Made by a program: the position numbers and the translations under genes. The notes beneath the pieces were generated by a model. It did no database searches. It saw only the letters and a list, made by a program, of their open reading frames with translations, and had not been told where the DNA came from. Positions 28,309 to 38,726 of a stretch of 61,674 bases of DNA are shown here, piece by piece. The stretch is from an uncultured delta proteobacterium. GTDB taxonomy: Bacteria > Desulfobacterota > RBG-13-43-22. The DNA lies in contig CAWJJC010000004.1 of NCBI GenBank assembly GCA_963843145.1, forward strand, positions 1 through 61,674. The letters run 5' to 3'. Numbering within the stretch: position 1 is the stretch's first letter; the number at the start of each line of letters is the position of its first letter.

Positions 28309-29532
28309 ATGGCCAAGGATTTTAGCCACCCCGGCCTTTACCTGCCGGCCTTCGAGATTGAACGTCGCCTGCAAGGATTTCAGGAAACGATGGTTCAGGA
28401 TGGGTTCGAGGGGGCCCTTCTGTTCCAGAACCTGGATCGCTTTTACTTTTCCGGGACCATGCAGCCGGGGGTGCTTTTTCTCCAACCCCAGGGAGAACCG
28501 ATCCTTTTTGTCCGAAAGAATATCGATCGGGCCCGAGAGGAATCCTCCCTGGAAAGAATTGTGCCCCTGACTTCCCTGCGGGACCTTCCGGCCACCCTGC
28601 TGGAAATGGACATTCCCCTTCCCCAGTCCCTGGGATTAGAACTGGATATCTTACCGGCCCAGACCTACCTGCAACTTGAAACCCTTTTCCCTGCGGTCCC
28701 CCTGCTGGACCTCAGCATCCAGCTCCGTCGTTGCCGGATGATTAAATCCTCCTGGGAGATTGAAAACCTGAGGAAAGCAGGGGAAATGATCGCCGACCTG
28801 GTCCAGGCCATGCCCTCCTTATTAAAACCCCGCCTGACTGAACTGGAATTAGCCGGACGCCTGGAATCTTTCCTGCGGCATCGAGGGCATCAGGGCTTCA
28901 TTCGAACCCGGGGGTTCAACCAGGAAGTGTTTTATGGGCATATACTTTCCGGCACGGAAGGCACCCGGGCTTCCTACATCGATTCCCCTTCCGGAGGCTT
29001 GGGAACCGGTCCGGCTTTCAGCCAGGGGGCGGGATTCAAGGTCCTCCGTCCCCAGGAACCGATCAGTATCGATTACTGCGGCTGTTTTAACGGATACATC
29101 GTCGACCAAACCCGCATGTTTTCCCTGGGGGAACCTTCGGCAGCGGTCCGGGAAGCCTATCAGGCCATGCTGGAAGTCCAGGAATTAATTAAAAAAAGAA
29201 CTTATCCGGGAATAACCGGGGAACAAGTCTACCATTGGGCGCTGGAAGCTGCCTCCCAATTGGGATACCGGGACTTTTTTATGGGTTCCGGCGCCGACCG
29301 AGCCGCCTACGTGGGGCACGGAGTCGGTCTGGAACTGGATGAATTACCTTTACTGGCCCCCAAATTTAATTGGCCTCTGCTGGAAAACATGGTTTTCGCT
29401 TTTGAACCTAAAGTCATTTTGCCGGAGGTGGGACTGGTCGGGATTGAGAATACCTTCCTCCTGACCCAACAAGGTCTTGAGCCCCTGACCACGGCACCCG
29501 AGAACTTCCAAGTCCTAACCAATACTAATTGA
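28309..29532 (+). CDS. M24 Xaa-Pro peptidase family
   Basis: DQTR, GHGVGLELDE, FEPK, GIEN. Confidence 0.9.
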   Translation: MAKDFSHPGLYLPAFEIERRLQGFQETMVQDGFEGALLFQNLDRFYFSGTMQPGVLFLQPQGEPILFVRKNIDRAREESSLERIVPLTSLRDLPATLLEMDIPLPQSLGLELDILPAQTYLQLETLFPAVPLLDLSIQLRRCRMIKSSWEIENLRKAGEMIADLVQAMPSLLKPRLTELELAGRLESFLRHRGHQGFIRTRGFNQEVFYGHILSGTEGTRASYIDSPSGGLGTGPAFSQGAGFKVLRPQEPISIDYCGCFNGYIVDQTRMFSLGEPSAAVREAYQAMLEVQELIKKRTYPGITGEQVYHWALEAASQLGYRDFFMGSGADRAAYVGHGVGLELDELPLLAPKFNWPLLENMVFAFEPKVILPEVGLVGIENTFLLTQQGLEPLTTAPENFQVLTNTN

Positions 29533-29553
29533 TTTTTTGCTTAGAAATCCGAA

Positions 29554-31305
29554 ATGAATGCTCGTCGAGTTCGAGAACTGATATTAACGGCCCAGGGTCG
29601 AAAAAAGGCCGATGTGGTCATCGAGAACATCCAATTAGTCAATGTGTATTCACGGGAAATCCACCCCTCGTTCTCAGTCGGACTCTCTCAAGACCGCATC
29701 GCCTATGTGGGCCCCGAGCCCGACCATCTTAAGGGACCCAAAACACGGGTAGTGCCCGGGGGGGGGCAATACCTTCTTCCGGGGTTTATCGACGCCCATA
29801 CCCATTTGGACAGCATCTTTACCTTGGAAGCCTACGCCCCTTATGCCTTGGCCACGGGAAATACCACAGCAGTAACGGAAATGGCCATGATCGCCAATGT
29901 TCAGGGGAAAACCGGAGTGGATTGGTTCATGGAAGAGGCCGGCCGCCACCCCCTGCGGATCTTCTTTTTAGCCCCGGCCTTGACCCCTCCCTATCCCGAA
30001 TTGGAAACCAGCCAGGGGTTATCCCGGGAAGCCTATAGCCGGATTATGAAAATGCCTCAGGTCCTGGGAGTCGGAGAGGCCTACTGGCCCCGGGTAACCG
30101 GTCTGGACCCCCGGGTCATGGCCGCTTATGCGCTGGCCCAGCGTCTTAATAAAACCCGGGAGGGCCATGCCGCCGGGGCTCGCGAGGGAAACCTCATGGC
30201 CTATACGGCCGCCGGCACGACCTCCTGCCATGAGGCGACGACCCTGGAAGAGGCCTTGGAGCGGCTCCGCCTGGGTCTGGCGGTCATGATTCGGGAAGGA
30301 TTTGTCCGCCGGGAATTTGAGGCGATTGCCCCGATTGCCCGGCAAGGAGTGGATCTGCACCGCGTGATGATCGTCTCGGATCTGTTTGACCCGGCCGACC
30401 TGGTGCAAGGTCGGGGAATGAATGCCCTGCTGGCCCGGGCCGTGAAATTGGGGGTAGATCCCCTGGTGGCGCTGCAAATGGTCACTCGAAACGTGGCCGA
30501 TTATTACGGTCTGCGGGATCTGGGCGGGGTGGCCCCGGGAAAGAAAGCCGATCTGGTGCTGGTGGAAGATCTGCGCGACTTTGAATGCCGCCAAGTGTGG
30601 GTGGGGGGCCGGCTGGCCGTGGACCAGGGGCGGCCGCTGCTTTCTTCGGCCCCCTATGTCTACCCGCCCGAGGCCCGCCGTTCTTTTTCCCTCTCCCGAA
30701 TCGAACCGGGAATATTGGCCTTGCCGGCACCGCACCCGGAAACTATCGTCCGGGTAGTCAAAGCCGTGGGCGCCACCATCACCCGGGAAACCCGCGTTCG
30801 GCTGGCGAGTCAAGAAGGTTTTCTGGAAGCGGATCCGCGGCAGGACGTTTTGAAGATGGCGGTCTTTCAGCGATTTGAGGCGCGGCCCCGTCCGGCGTTG
30901 GGTTTTGCCCAGGGGATCGGTCTGAAAAAGGGGGCGGTGGCTACCAGTCTGGGTTGGGACGCCAATAACCTCCTGGTGATCGGGGTCAGTGACCGGGAAA
31001 TGGCCTTGGCGGTGAACCGTCTGTTGGATTTAAACGGCGGCTGGGTGGTGGCCGCCGGGGAACAGGTGCTGGCGGAGATGCCGCTGCCGATCATGGGCCT
31101 GATTTCCGAGGAGCCCTTGCCCGCCTTGCAACGGCAGATCCAAGACCTGGAGCAGGCCTTTCGAACCTTAGGCTCCGACCTGGAACGCCCTTTCCTGACG
31201 CTGCAAACCTTCTGTTTTACCGGCCTGCCCTTTATCCGTCCGACCGACAAAGGCCTGGCGGATATACGGGGGAAAAAATTGATGAACCTGTTCGTAGAGG
31301 AATAA
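29554..31305 (+). CDS. ade: Adenine deaminase
   Basis: PGFIDAHTH, EGH, HE, IREG, LPFIR. Confidence 0.88.
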   Translation: MNARRVRELILTAQGRKKADVVIENIQLVNVYSREIHPSFSVGLSQDRIAYVGPEPDHLKGPKTRVVPGGGQYLLPGFIDAHTHLDSIFTLEAYAPYALATGNTTAVTEMAMIANVQGKTGVDWFMEEAGRHPLRIFFLAPALTPPYPELETSQGLSREAYSRIMKMPQVLGVGEAYWPRVTGLDPRVMAAYALAQRLNKTREGHAAGAREGNLMAYTAAGTTSCHEATTLEEALERLRLGLAVMIREGFVRREFEAIAPIARQGVDLHRVMIVSDLFDPADLVQGRGMNALLARAVKLGVDPLVALQMVTRNVADYYGLRDLGGVAPGKKADLVLVEDLRDFECRQVWVGGRLAVDQGRPLLSSAPYVYPPEARRSFSLSRIEPGILALPAPHPETIVRVVKAVGATITRETRVRLASQEGFLEADPRQDVLKMAVFQRFEARPRPALGFAQGIGLKKGAVATSLGWDANNLLVIGVSDREMALAVNRLLDLNGGWVVAAGEQVLAEMPLPIMGLISEEPLPALQRQIQDLEQAFRTLGSDLERPFLTLQTFCFTGLPFIRPTDKGLADIRGKKLMNLFVEE

Positions 31306-31376
31306 TTTCCTAGCGGTCTACAAATTATCTATTCTTCTCCCTTGTTTTTTCTTCTATCTTCCCTCTTCTTTTCGTT

Positions 31377-31883
31377 TCACTCCACTCCTTGCAATATTTT
31401 CAATTCTTCCTCGCCGACCACTTCCAGCAACACCTCTCCCACCGCCTGGGCGCACTCCCCCACGAAACGGGTACACTCGTCCCGTCGGCCGTCCACCCGG
31501 CGGGCTTTCACATCTTCCGGGTCATACCAGTTACAATTCGATATGGTTCGGCAACTGGTATCGCCGTATTTTTTTTCCGCCGTCGTCTTCAACCGGTCAT
31601 ACACTTTCCTGACCGTGGACGCCAGCCGGGCATCCTCCATTTCATCCAGGCTGGCCCTTCCAAAAAGACAGCCGACGACTTGGGCCGCTCCGGCAATGGC
31701 CCCGCAAAAGTCTCCCCGATAGCAGCCGCCGGTCAATCCGGCCATGGCCCGGATAGCCGCATCCTTTTCCTCTTCGCCGATCATTTCCAGACCCACGGTC
31801 AGGATGGCCTGGGCTCAATAAATGTCCCGGGCAAACAGATCCATGGCTTTTTCTCGCATAGCTTCCGGCGTTACCATACCCAT
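31377..31883 (-). CDS. C-GCAxxG-C-C family redox protein, probable selenoprotein (UGA at 31815-31817)
   Basis: GGAGG RBS, then MGMVTPEAMREKAMDLFARDIY-UGA-AQAIL in frame with CGAIAG; hairpin after the UGA. Confidence 0.8.
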
Positions 31884-31957
31884 TGATCTTCCTCCGAAAA
31901 AAGGCGCCGGAAGCATACTCCCGGCGCCCTGCTTTATAATGAATCAGTTTCTTTCGC

Positions 31958-32635
31958 TTATTGGAGGACTTTCAGTATCCATTCTTCCATTTCTTCCATT
32001 TCCCGCCCGAATAGTTGCCGCAAATTTTGGAAAATGCGCTCGTAGCCGGCGACCTGTCTCTCCAATTCTTCCACCTGTTGAGTCAACTGTTGAACATACA
32101 AAAAGGAACTCCGGCCCATAGCCAACAAGTCGTCCTTTTGGCCTGGTTGGACCGTACGTTGGGCCGCCGCCTTTTTAACGGTCTTTTTCAGGCTCTTTTT
32201 TTCAACCGGCCCCGGTTTTCGTCCCCGTGCCTTTCTGGCCGACTTTTTTTCAGCCGTGATTTTCTTTTTGGATCTCGGTATCTTAATTTTTCCCGCCGGG
32301 GCCGGGGCTTCTAATTGGGCCGCCAGGTCGCTTTCCGTGATCTGCACCTTGCCGAAATCCCGAGTTAAACATTTATCCAAAACGGGCAGCGTAATCTCTT
32401 TAACGATGGGCAGGACCGCACCGACAAAGGTCTTCCCTTTTTTGCCTTCAATGTAGCCATTTCCCAAAAGATTGGCCAGCAGGGTGGAATTATACCGTTT
32501 CAAGGTGGGCGGCAAATAAGCCCCTTTCAATTTTCTTTCCAAAAATAGCGCCAGCGCTTTAGTATCAATTTCGGTTTTCCCCTTCAGGTAATCCAACCAG
32601 AACTTCAAGTACTGTCGGCGATAATTTTTTTTCAT
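31958..32635 (-). CDS. Hypothetical Lys-rich protein, paralog of 57207-58010
   Basis: Shared N-terminal domain and C-terminal coiled coil. Confidence 0.8.
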   Translation of the reverse strand: MKKNYRRQYLKFWLDYLKGKTEIDTKALALFLERKLKGAYLPPTLKRYNSTLLANLLGNGYIEGKKGKTFVGAVLPIVKEITLPVLDKCLTRDFGKVQITESDLAAQLEAPAPAGKIKIPRSKKKITAEKKSARKARGRKPGPVEKKSLKKTVKKAAAQRTVQPGQKDDLLAMGRSSFLYVQQLTQQVEELERQVAGYERIFQNLRQLFGREMEEMEEWILKVLQ

Positions 32636-32766
32636 CCCTCCATCCTCCCCATTAAAGGTGTGTTCCAATTCGCCCAGGTCTCTTCCGACTGAAGCCGAGA
32701 AAACCAGGAGGTTTCAACTTTTCAACAGGTTATGTGAGCAGAAAAAAAAAGTCAAAGGTTTTTTCT

Positions 32767-33924
32767 TCAAACGCTTTGGTCCACCAGTTCATTCAGAAAG
32801 GAGTCTACCCCCTGCGGATGGGTGGTCCGCACCTCCTCCACGGCTCGTTCAATTTTGTTACGCAGCACCAGGTCCTTCATGTCTTTCACCGAGCGGTAGG
32901 CGCCTCCCCGCCGTCCGAAGCGGTAAATCAATTTATCTTCCGGCGAAAGAAAACGGTAGGCGTCTATAGCCGCCAGCATCTTTCCCTTGTCCTGAGGGAG
33001 CGTGCCGGAAACATCCTCCAACAGATTCATGATATGGTCGGAAGTGACGGTACTCGAAATTCCTTCCAAGTGGTCGATCAGCAGACGAAGTTCTTCAGCC
33101 GCTTCGTCGTCGGTCAAGGGGACGAAGGAGCCTTCGGCCACACGGGCGTAAAGGGGTACTCGGGGCGGAACCCGCAGCGACCGGATTCGGATAAAATCCG
33201 GGTCAATGGCATTCAACACCCGGGCCGTCTCCAAAGCGTGGTCCCGCCACAGTTCTTTTCCCCCCAACCCCGGCATGATATATTCGGATAAGGAGATCCC
33301 GGCCGCCTTGACCTTTTGTCCCGCCTCGATATGCTCGGCGGCGGTGACCCCTTTCTTCATCAGGGCCAAAACGGCGTCGGAACCGCTTTCCAATCCGATG
33401 TGGACCCGATCCAGGCCGGCCAGACGCAGGGTCTTCAGTTCCTCCAACGATTTCCGGTTTACCGTCTTGGACCGGGCATAGGTGGTAATACGGTTGACCG
33501 GTGAAAGCTCCTGGCGTAGGAATTCCAGGATCTCTTTCAGTTCTTTCGTGCCCAGAACCAGATTGTTGGCATCTTGGAGAAAAACATTATACTCCTGATA
33601 ATACAGCCAGGCGGCCACGTTGCGATAGGCGTGGCTGTATTCGGGTTGATGAAAGACGTGCCCGATCACCTGATCATCCACTTCCCCGCCGGCCCCCAGC
33701 CGCCAGGAAAGCGAAGCCAAATCCTCTTTGATTTTTTTGATGGTCCTGATATCTTCCTTGACTTCCTCTACCCCGCGTCGGGAAAATTCCTTTCCTTTGT
33801 ATACCGGACAAAACAGGCACTTATTCCAGGAACAGTTTCGAGTAACCCGAATTAAGAGGCTTTTGGCCTCATTGGGCGGACGAATAGGCCCTTGTTCAAA
33901 ATCCAATTGGTTTGATTCTGCCAT
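32767..33924 (-). CDS. Radical SAM protein
   Basis: IRPPNEA, CSWNKCLFC, GLESG, SDH. Confidence 0.9.
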   Translation of the reverse strand: MAESNQLDFEQGPIRPPNEAKSLLIRVTRNCSWNKCLFCPVYKGKEFSRRGVEEVKEDIRTIKKIKEDLASLSWRLGAGGEVDDQVIGHVFHQPEYSHAYRNVAAWLYYQEYNVFLQDANNLVLGTKELKEILEFLRQELSPVNRITTYARSKTVNRKSLEELKTLRLAGLDRVHIGLESGSDAVLALMKKGVTAAEHIEAGQKVKAAGISLSEYIMPGLGGKELWRDHALETARVLNAIDPDFIRIRSLRVPPRVPLYARVAEGSFVPLTDDEAAEELRLLIDHLEGISSTVTSDHIMNLLEDVSGTLPQDKGKMLAAIDAYRFLSPEDKLIYRFGRRGGAYRSVKDMKDLVLRNKIERAVEEVRTTHPQGVDSFLNELVDQSV

Positions 33925-34126
33925 GATGGCTCCTTTTTTTGACGCTTTGCCCTTTGGGTGAGTCTCCCCAATAGCCGGCCTGGCCGCCCCGGGTCTCTGG
34001 AAAAGGGTTTTCCAAAGACCCTCCGACCCCGAATCAGGCCGAAGACATCCGCCCAAGAGTGTGAAAAACTATATAAATATACTAATCACTTATTCCCATT
34101 TTGACAACCGTGTTATACTATCTCGC

Positions 34127-36223
34127 ATGCCACGCCGCTCGCTACTCTTTTTGATTACTCTCTCGGCGCTCTTCCTCACTTTTCTGGCGGTTCAATACCG
34201 CGAGAGCCGGCTTCCCTGGAAAAAAATCCAGGGTCTATCCCAGAAGTCCCCTCAAGTCCGGGAGCTTTATCTACCCCACTGGAAAATTCGGGAACGGTGT
34301 CTGACCTGTCATTTGGGTATTGAAGAGATTTCCTCCTCCCATCCCATCTCCACCTTCGGTTGCACCATCTGCCACGGGGGAAACGGCCTGGCCCTGGAAA
34401 AGGATCTAGCGCATCAGAATCTTCGGGGAGGATCCAATCCCGCGGATTTTCGAGTGGTCCAGTTGACCTGTGGACGCCGGGCCCCGGATGGAACCCGCTG
34501 CCATGCCGGTCATCCGGAAAAGGAAAAAAACCCGGCCTTTAACGCTCCCAGGACCCTGATGGCCACCATGGCCGGGGTTATCGCCGGGCTTCGATACACC
34601 TGGGGGGCTCAGGAACGGCCCGAGGCCCGGTATGGTTCCCTGGGCGTCGAAGGAGAAAATAAGAGCCTGGAAACCATTCCCGTCTTTGACCGTTTTTCTT
34701 TTCGCCTGGATCCGCGTGGAAAACCATGGACACTGGATGATCGGGGACGCCCCATCAAAACCTCAGGCCAACTGGCCGACGATCACTGGCGAAAATTATG
34801 CAGCCACTGCCATCTTTACAGTCAAAGGGATTCGGGTCCCAGCGCCCACGGAGGCGGATGTGTTTCCTGTCACGTGGCCCGCAACACCCACGGTACTTAC
34901 GAGGGTCGGGATCGGACCTTGTCCCGGAATAAACCCGGATACGGACGGGTCCATCGCTTCCAGACCGCCATCCCCTCTTCCCAGTGTCTGCATTGCCACA
35001 ACCGGAGCGGGCGCATCGGAATGACCTATACCGGCCTGATGGAATCCGATCAATACGGGACCCCCTACCAAGCTGGAAATTTGAATGCCGCGCGGCTGAG
35101 CGGAGATCGGTTCGTCCTGCACCTGACCCCGGATATTCACTTTGAAAAGGGAATGCACTGCCTCGATTGCCATCTGGCCCGGGAGATAATGGGGGAGGGG
35201 AAAGTCTATTCCCGGATGAACCAGCAGGTGGAGGTCCGCTGTCAGGACTGTCACGGCACCGAAAAAGCCCCCCCGCGAACCTACACCCTCCGTTCCCCGA
35301 CAGACCCGCTGATCTGGGCTGCGGCCTATACCCGGATTCCTCCTTTGAAACCGGGAGATCGCCTCTTGGTTTCATCCCGGGGCCAACCATTCTCCAATAT
35401 ACGGCAGGAAAAGGGGGAATGGGTGCTCTACGGCAAGGTGGATGGCCGGCGGCATCCCCTCAAAATCATTACCGCCCGACCCGGGGTCCACACCCTCCCC
35501 GGCCACAGTTCCTCCCGCTTCGAGTGCTTTGGTTGTCATTCCCGCTGGGCGCCTCAATGTTACGGCTGCCACGACTATCGCCGGGCCAACGAAAAACAGA
35601 CCGATGTCATGCAGCGAACGGCCACGCCCGGATTATGGCAGGAGACTCGCGATTATTATCGTTTTGAAGATCCGCCCTTGGGGATCAACCAGCGGTCCAA
35701 GGTTTCCCCTTTCATGCCCGGCTGCCAGGTCCTGTTAACCCAATTGGGGCCGGATAACCGGCCTTTACCCGGCTGGGAACGGCGGATCTACCGCCAGGAG
35801 GGTTTTTCCGGGATTGTTTCCGGCCCCATCAATCCTCACTCCACCCGAAAGGAGGTCCGGTCCTGCCCGGAATGCCACCAGAACCCCAAGGCCTTAGGGT
35901 TGGGGAACGGCCTCTTCAGCCCGGGGCCCCGATTCCGGGATAACCGGCATCAGCCTCTTTTGGGGGGCGAAAAGGGCTTTCCCCATTCCTGGGAGTCTCT
36001 AATTACCCCGAACGGCCGCCCGCTGCAATCCACCTCCCGGCCGGGTGCCCGGCCTTTTCTTCCGGAAGAGCTAGACAAGATTCTGCGGGTGAGCCCCTGC
36101 TTGCCCTGCCATGATTCCTATGGGGACCCCATTTACCAAGACCTGGAAAAAAGTTATCGGCTCGACCGGGAGGAAAAACATCGGGCGGTGATCCGCCAAT
36201 ACCAACAGGACCTGCCGAAATGA
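34127..36223 (+). CDS. Membrane-anchored multiheme cytochrome c (11 CxxCH plus one CX9CH)
   Basis: Motifs counted in the translation; N-terminal hydrophobic helix. Confidence 0.9.
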   Translation: MPRRSLLFLITLSALFLTFLAVQYRESRLPWKKIQGLSQKSPQVRELYLPHWKIRERCLTCHLGIEEISSSHPISTFGCTICHGGNGLALEKDLAHQNLRGGSNPADFRVVQLTCGRRAPDGTRCHAGHPEKEKNPAFNAPRTLMATMAGVIAGLRYTWGAQERPEARYGSLGVEGENKSLETIPVFDRFSFRLDPRGKPWTLDDRGRPIKTSGQLADDHWRKLCSHCHLYSQRDSGPSAHGGGCVSCHVARNTHGTYEGRDRTLSRNKPGYGRVHRFQTAIPSSQCLHCHNRSGRIGMTYTGLMESDQYGTPYQAGNLNAARLSGDRFVLHLTPDIHFEKGMHCLDCHLAREIMGEGKVYSRMNQQVEVRCQDCHGTEKAPPRTYTLRSPTDPLIWAAAYTRIPPLKPGDRLLVSSRGQPFSNIRQEKGEWVLYGKVDGRRHPLKIITARPGVHTLPGHSSSRFECFGCHSRWAPQCYGCHDYRRANEKQTDVMQRTATPGLWQETRDYYRFEDPPLGINQRSKVSPFMPGCQVLLTQLGPDNRPLPGWERRIYRQEGFSGIVSGPINPHSTRKEVRSCPECHQNPKALGLGNGLFSPGPRFRDNRHQPLLGGEKGFPHSWESLITPNGRPLQSTSRPGARPFLPEELDKILRVSPCLPCHDSYGDPIYQDLEKSYRLDREEKHRAVIRQYQQDLPK

Positions 36224-38130
36224 AACGCTGGATTCCCATAGCCCTGGCCTTGCTGTCCTTCCTTTTTATAAGTACCGGGCGGCCCTTGACGACCGGATCC
36301 GGCTGTCTCTCCTGCCACCAGGGGATCGAATCTCCGGGGAAAGAGCACCAATTTCCCTGCGGGCGGTGCCACGGGGGAGACGCCAAGGCCGACAGCAAAA
36401 AAGGCGCCCATCAGGGCTTGATACCCAACCCTTCCTCCCTGGATCAGGCCCCGCAACGCTGCGGCCCCTGCCATCGGGACCAGGTCCGGCGGGTTCGAGG
36501 CTCCCTGATGGCCACCTCGGCCGGGGAAATCAATCCGACCCGGTATCTTTGGGGAGCCCAGCCCAAGGGGCGGAAACCCTATTTGAATCACCCCCTGGAG
36601 GGCTACGCGGGGATCCCTGATCCCGAACAAAGCCGCCAAGGGGTTGATGACCTCCTCCGTCGCCGCTGCCTGCGCTGTCACTTGAATACCCGGGGGTTGG
36701 GCCGCTACGGAGACTGGCGGGCCGAAGGGTGCGCCGCCTGCCACCTGCCCTATGGGCCGGATGGCCTCAGCCAGAGCCGGGACCGGGCCGTCCAGTCCCT
36801 GATGAATGAAATCCGTCAGGGAAAACGGCCTCAGCCTAGGGGGTATCCCCTGAAGCACCAGTTTTCCCGGACCATCCCGACCACCCAATGCCTGACCTGT
36901 CACAACGGCCATCGCGTAGGCATGGATTATGTCGGCCTGGCGGAGCGGGATTACGAAGCCAGCTACCGCTTCAATGCCCTGGACGGCGAATCCCCTTCCC
37001 TGATCTACGGTTTCGACCCCCGCCGGATGCCTCCCGATATTCACCATGAGCGGGGCTTAGGCTGCATCGATTGCCACAACGGTCGAGAGGTCATGGGGCA
37101 CGGAGGGGTGGCTCGGCAGTCAGGAGATCAGACAACTATCCGCTGTCAGGATTGTCACGGCACACCCGACAGCGGACCGAAAACGAAAAAGACCCTATCT
37201 GCGGCAGGGGGAAAGGGAGGAAGCGGCGGGGAGATAGTGGTGGATTCCGGGGGGCAGCCTTTGTCCCACATACGCCGGGAAGCGAATGAAACGATCCTGA
37301 TCTCCAAGTTGACCGGGCAGCGACATCGGATTCCCACCCTGAACGACCCGACCATCCCGGTGGAGCACCGCATCCCCGAGCATATCCAAAAAATGGAATG
37401 CCATAGTTGCCACGCCTTTTGGAGCTACCAGGATTTTGGCTTTCATTTAATCCGGGAGGAGCGGACCGATTATCAGAAATGGGCCGCTCTCTGGATGCAA
37501 AACGATCCCCAGGTCCAAGCCTTGTTGCAGCGCAACCTGCCGCTGAAACCGGAACAGCGGACCGCCCCCCAAGCCAGAGACTTCATCGACCATTCCCTTC
37601 GGCCGGGCATCTGGTTTGCCGGATACTCTTACCGACGCCTGGAATCTCCCATCTACGGCCTCAACCCCAGAGGCCTGACCAGCGTTTTTCGCCCTTTCCA
37701 ACAGTATGTGGTCAGTCAGGTGGATGCCGCCGGGAAGGTCCTGATGGACAGCCGAATTATGCGAACCCGGGATGGGAAGCCCGGCTTGGGTTTTAACCCC
37801 TACGCCCCCCATACCATTCGCCGGGCCACCCGTCCCTGCGAAGCCTGCCACTTGAATCCCCGAGCCATCGGACTGGGGAACCGAATCGCACCGGCTAAGA
37901 ACGGTAAAGAAAATAAATGGTCCCTCCCGCTGACCTTCCCCCGAAAGGACGGCGTGCCCATCGATTTTGAGTGGGAGGCGCTGGTCGACCCGGACGGAAA
38001 ACCCTTACAGACCCAGACCCGAGCCGGCGCCCGGCCCTATAATCAACGGGAGATCAAAGGACTGCTGACGAAATCCAAGGCCTATAAAGGCTGGTACACC
38101 CGGTATTACCAGGAGAAGGGTCTGTATTGA
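36220..38130 (+). CDS. Multiheme cytochrome c (10 CxxCH), paralog of the upstream gene
   Basis: Signal peptide; colinear motifs (PDIH, RCQDCHGT, GLGN). Confidence 0.9.
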   Translation: MKRWIPIALALLSFLFISTGRPLTTGSGCLSCHQGIESPGKEHQFPCGRCHGGDAKADSKKGAHQGLIPNPSSLDQAPQRCGPCHRDQVRRVRGSLMATSAGEINPTRYLWGAQPKGRKPYLNHPLEGYAGIPDPEQSRQGVDDLLRRRCLRCHLNTRGLGRYGDWRAEGCAACHLPYGPDGLSQSRDRAVQSLMNEIRQGKRPQPRGYPLKHQFSRTIPTTQCLTCHNGHRVGMDYVGLAERDYEASYRFNALDGESPSLIYGFDPRRMPPDIHHERGLGCIDCHNGREVMGHGGVARQSGDQTTIRCQDCHGTPDSGPKTKKTLSAAGGKGGSGGEIVVDSGGQPLSHIRREANETILISKLTGQRHRIPTLNDPTIPVEHRIPEHIQKMECHSCHAFWSYQDFGFHLIREERTDYQKWAALWMQNDPQVQALLQRNLPLKPEQRTAPQARDFIDHSLRPGIWFAGYSYRRLESPIYGLNPRGLTSVFRPFQQYVVSQVDAAGKVLMDSRIMRTRDGKPGLGFNPYAPHTIRRATRPCEACHLNPRAIGLGNRIAPAKNGKENKWSLPLTFPRKDGVPIDFEWEALVDPDGKPLQTQTRAGARPYNQREIKGLLTKSKAYKGWYTRYYQEKGLY

Positions 38131-38321
38131 GACACCGGTCTGAGGGCGGGAACCAGCGAGGCATGAAAATAAAAGGGGCGAGAAAATTCCCGAAACGGAT
38201 GGTATTAATAATCAATAATCAATTGAAAATTGGCAATTGATTATTGGCCATTTTGAAGGTCAAGGAGGCTATTTTCGTACTAAACCCCCATGCCCCGCAG
38301 GCCTTCCCCCATTGGAGATTA

Positions 38322-38696
38322 TCATCTCAGAAATCCGTATAATGTGAGGGCCACGGCCGATGTCAATAGCAGGATAAACAGGATGGTGGCAACCCGGCTA
38401 GAAGAACCCGACAGCCGTTCCTCCAGGGGCAGCAGGGCCAAAAAGGCCACGGCCGCCAGCGGCAGGACTACCCCGCCCCAAAGGGGAGAGATATATTGCA
38501 GCAGCACCTGGAGACCCACAAAGATCCAGGGGGCTTTGACGGCCACCCCGGCCGGGGTCAACTCGCCGCCGGGAGCGGACAGGGGCGCGGTCAGGATCAA
38601 GCTCGCCCAGGAAAGGACCGCCAGGGCGATCAGGCCGGCAATAAATTCCTTGAATAAAAGCCGGTCCCGGGGTACCCTTTCAACATTCTTTTCCAT
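38322..38696 (-). CDS. Cytochrome b6 subunit IV-like membrane protein
   Basis: KAPWIFVGLQ.LL (PEWY-equivalent), 3 TM helices. Confidence 0.75.
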   Translation of the reverse strand: MEKNVERVPRDRLLFKEFIAGLIALAVLSWASLILTAPLSAPGGELTPAGVAVKAPWIFVGLQVLLQYISPLWGGVVLPLAAVAFLALLPLEERLSGSSSRVATILFILLLTSAVALTLYGFLR

Positions 38697-38726
38697 GGTA
38701 GATCATTATACCTTACTGACCGCCCG

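Noticed and set aside
36154-37047. Long antisense ORFs (also 44116-45048, 47048-48163, 49525-50793)
   Set aside because: Shadows of GC3-rich genes on the opposite strand; no recognisable motifs
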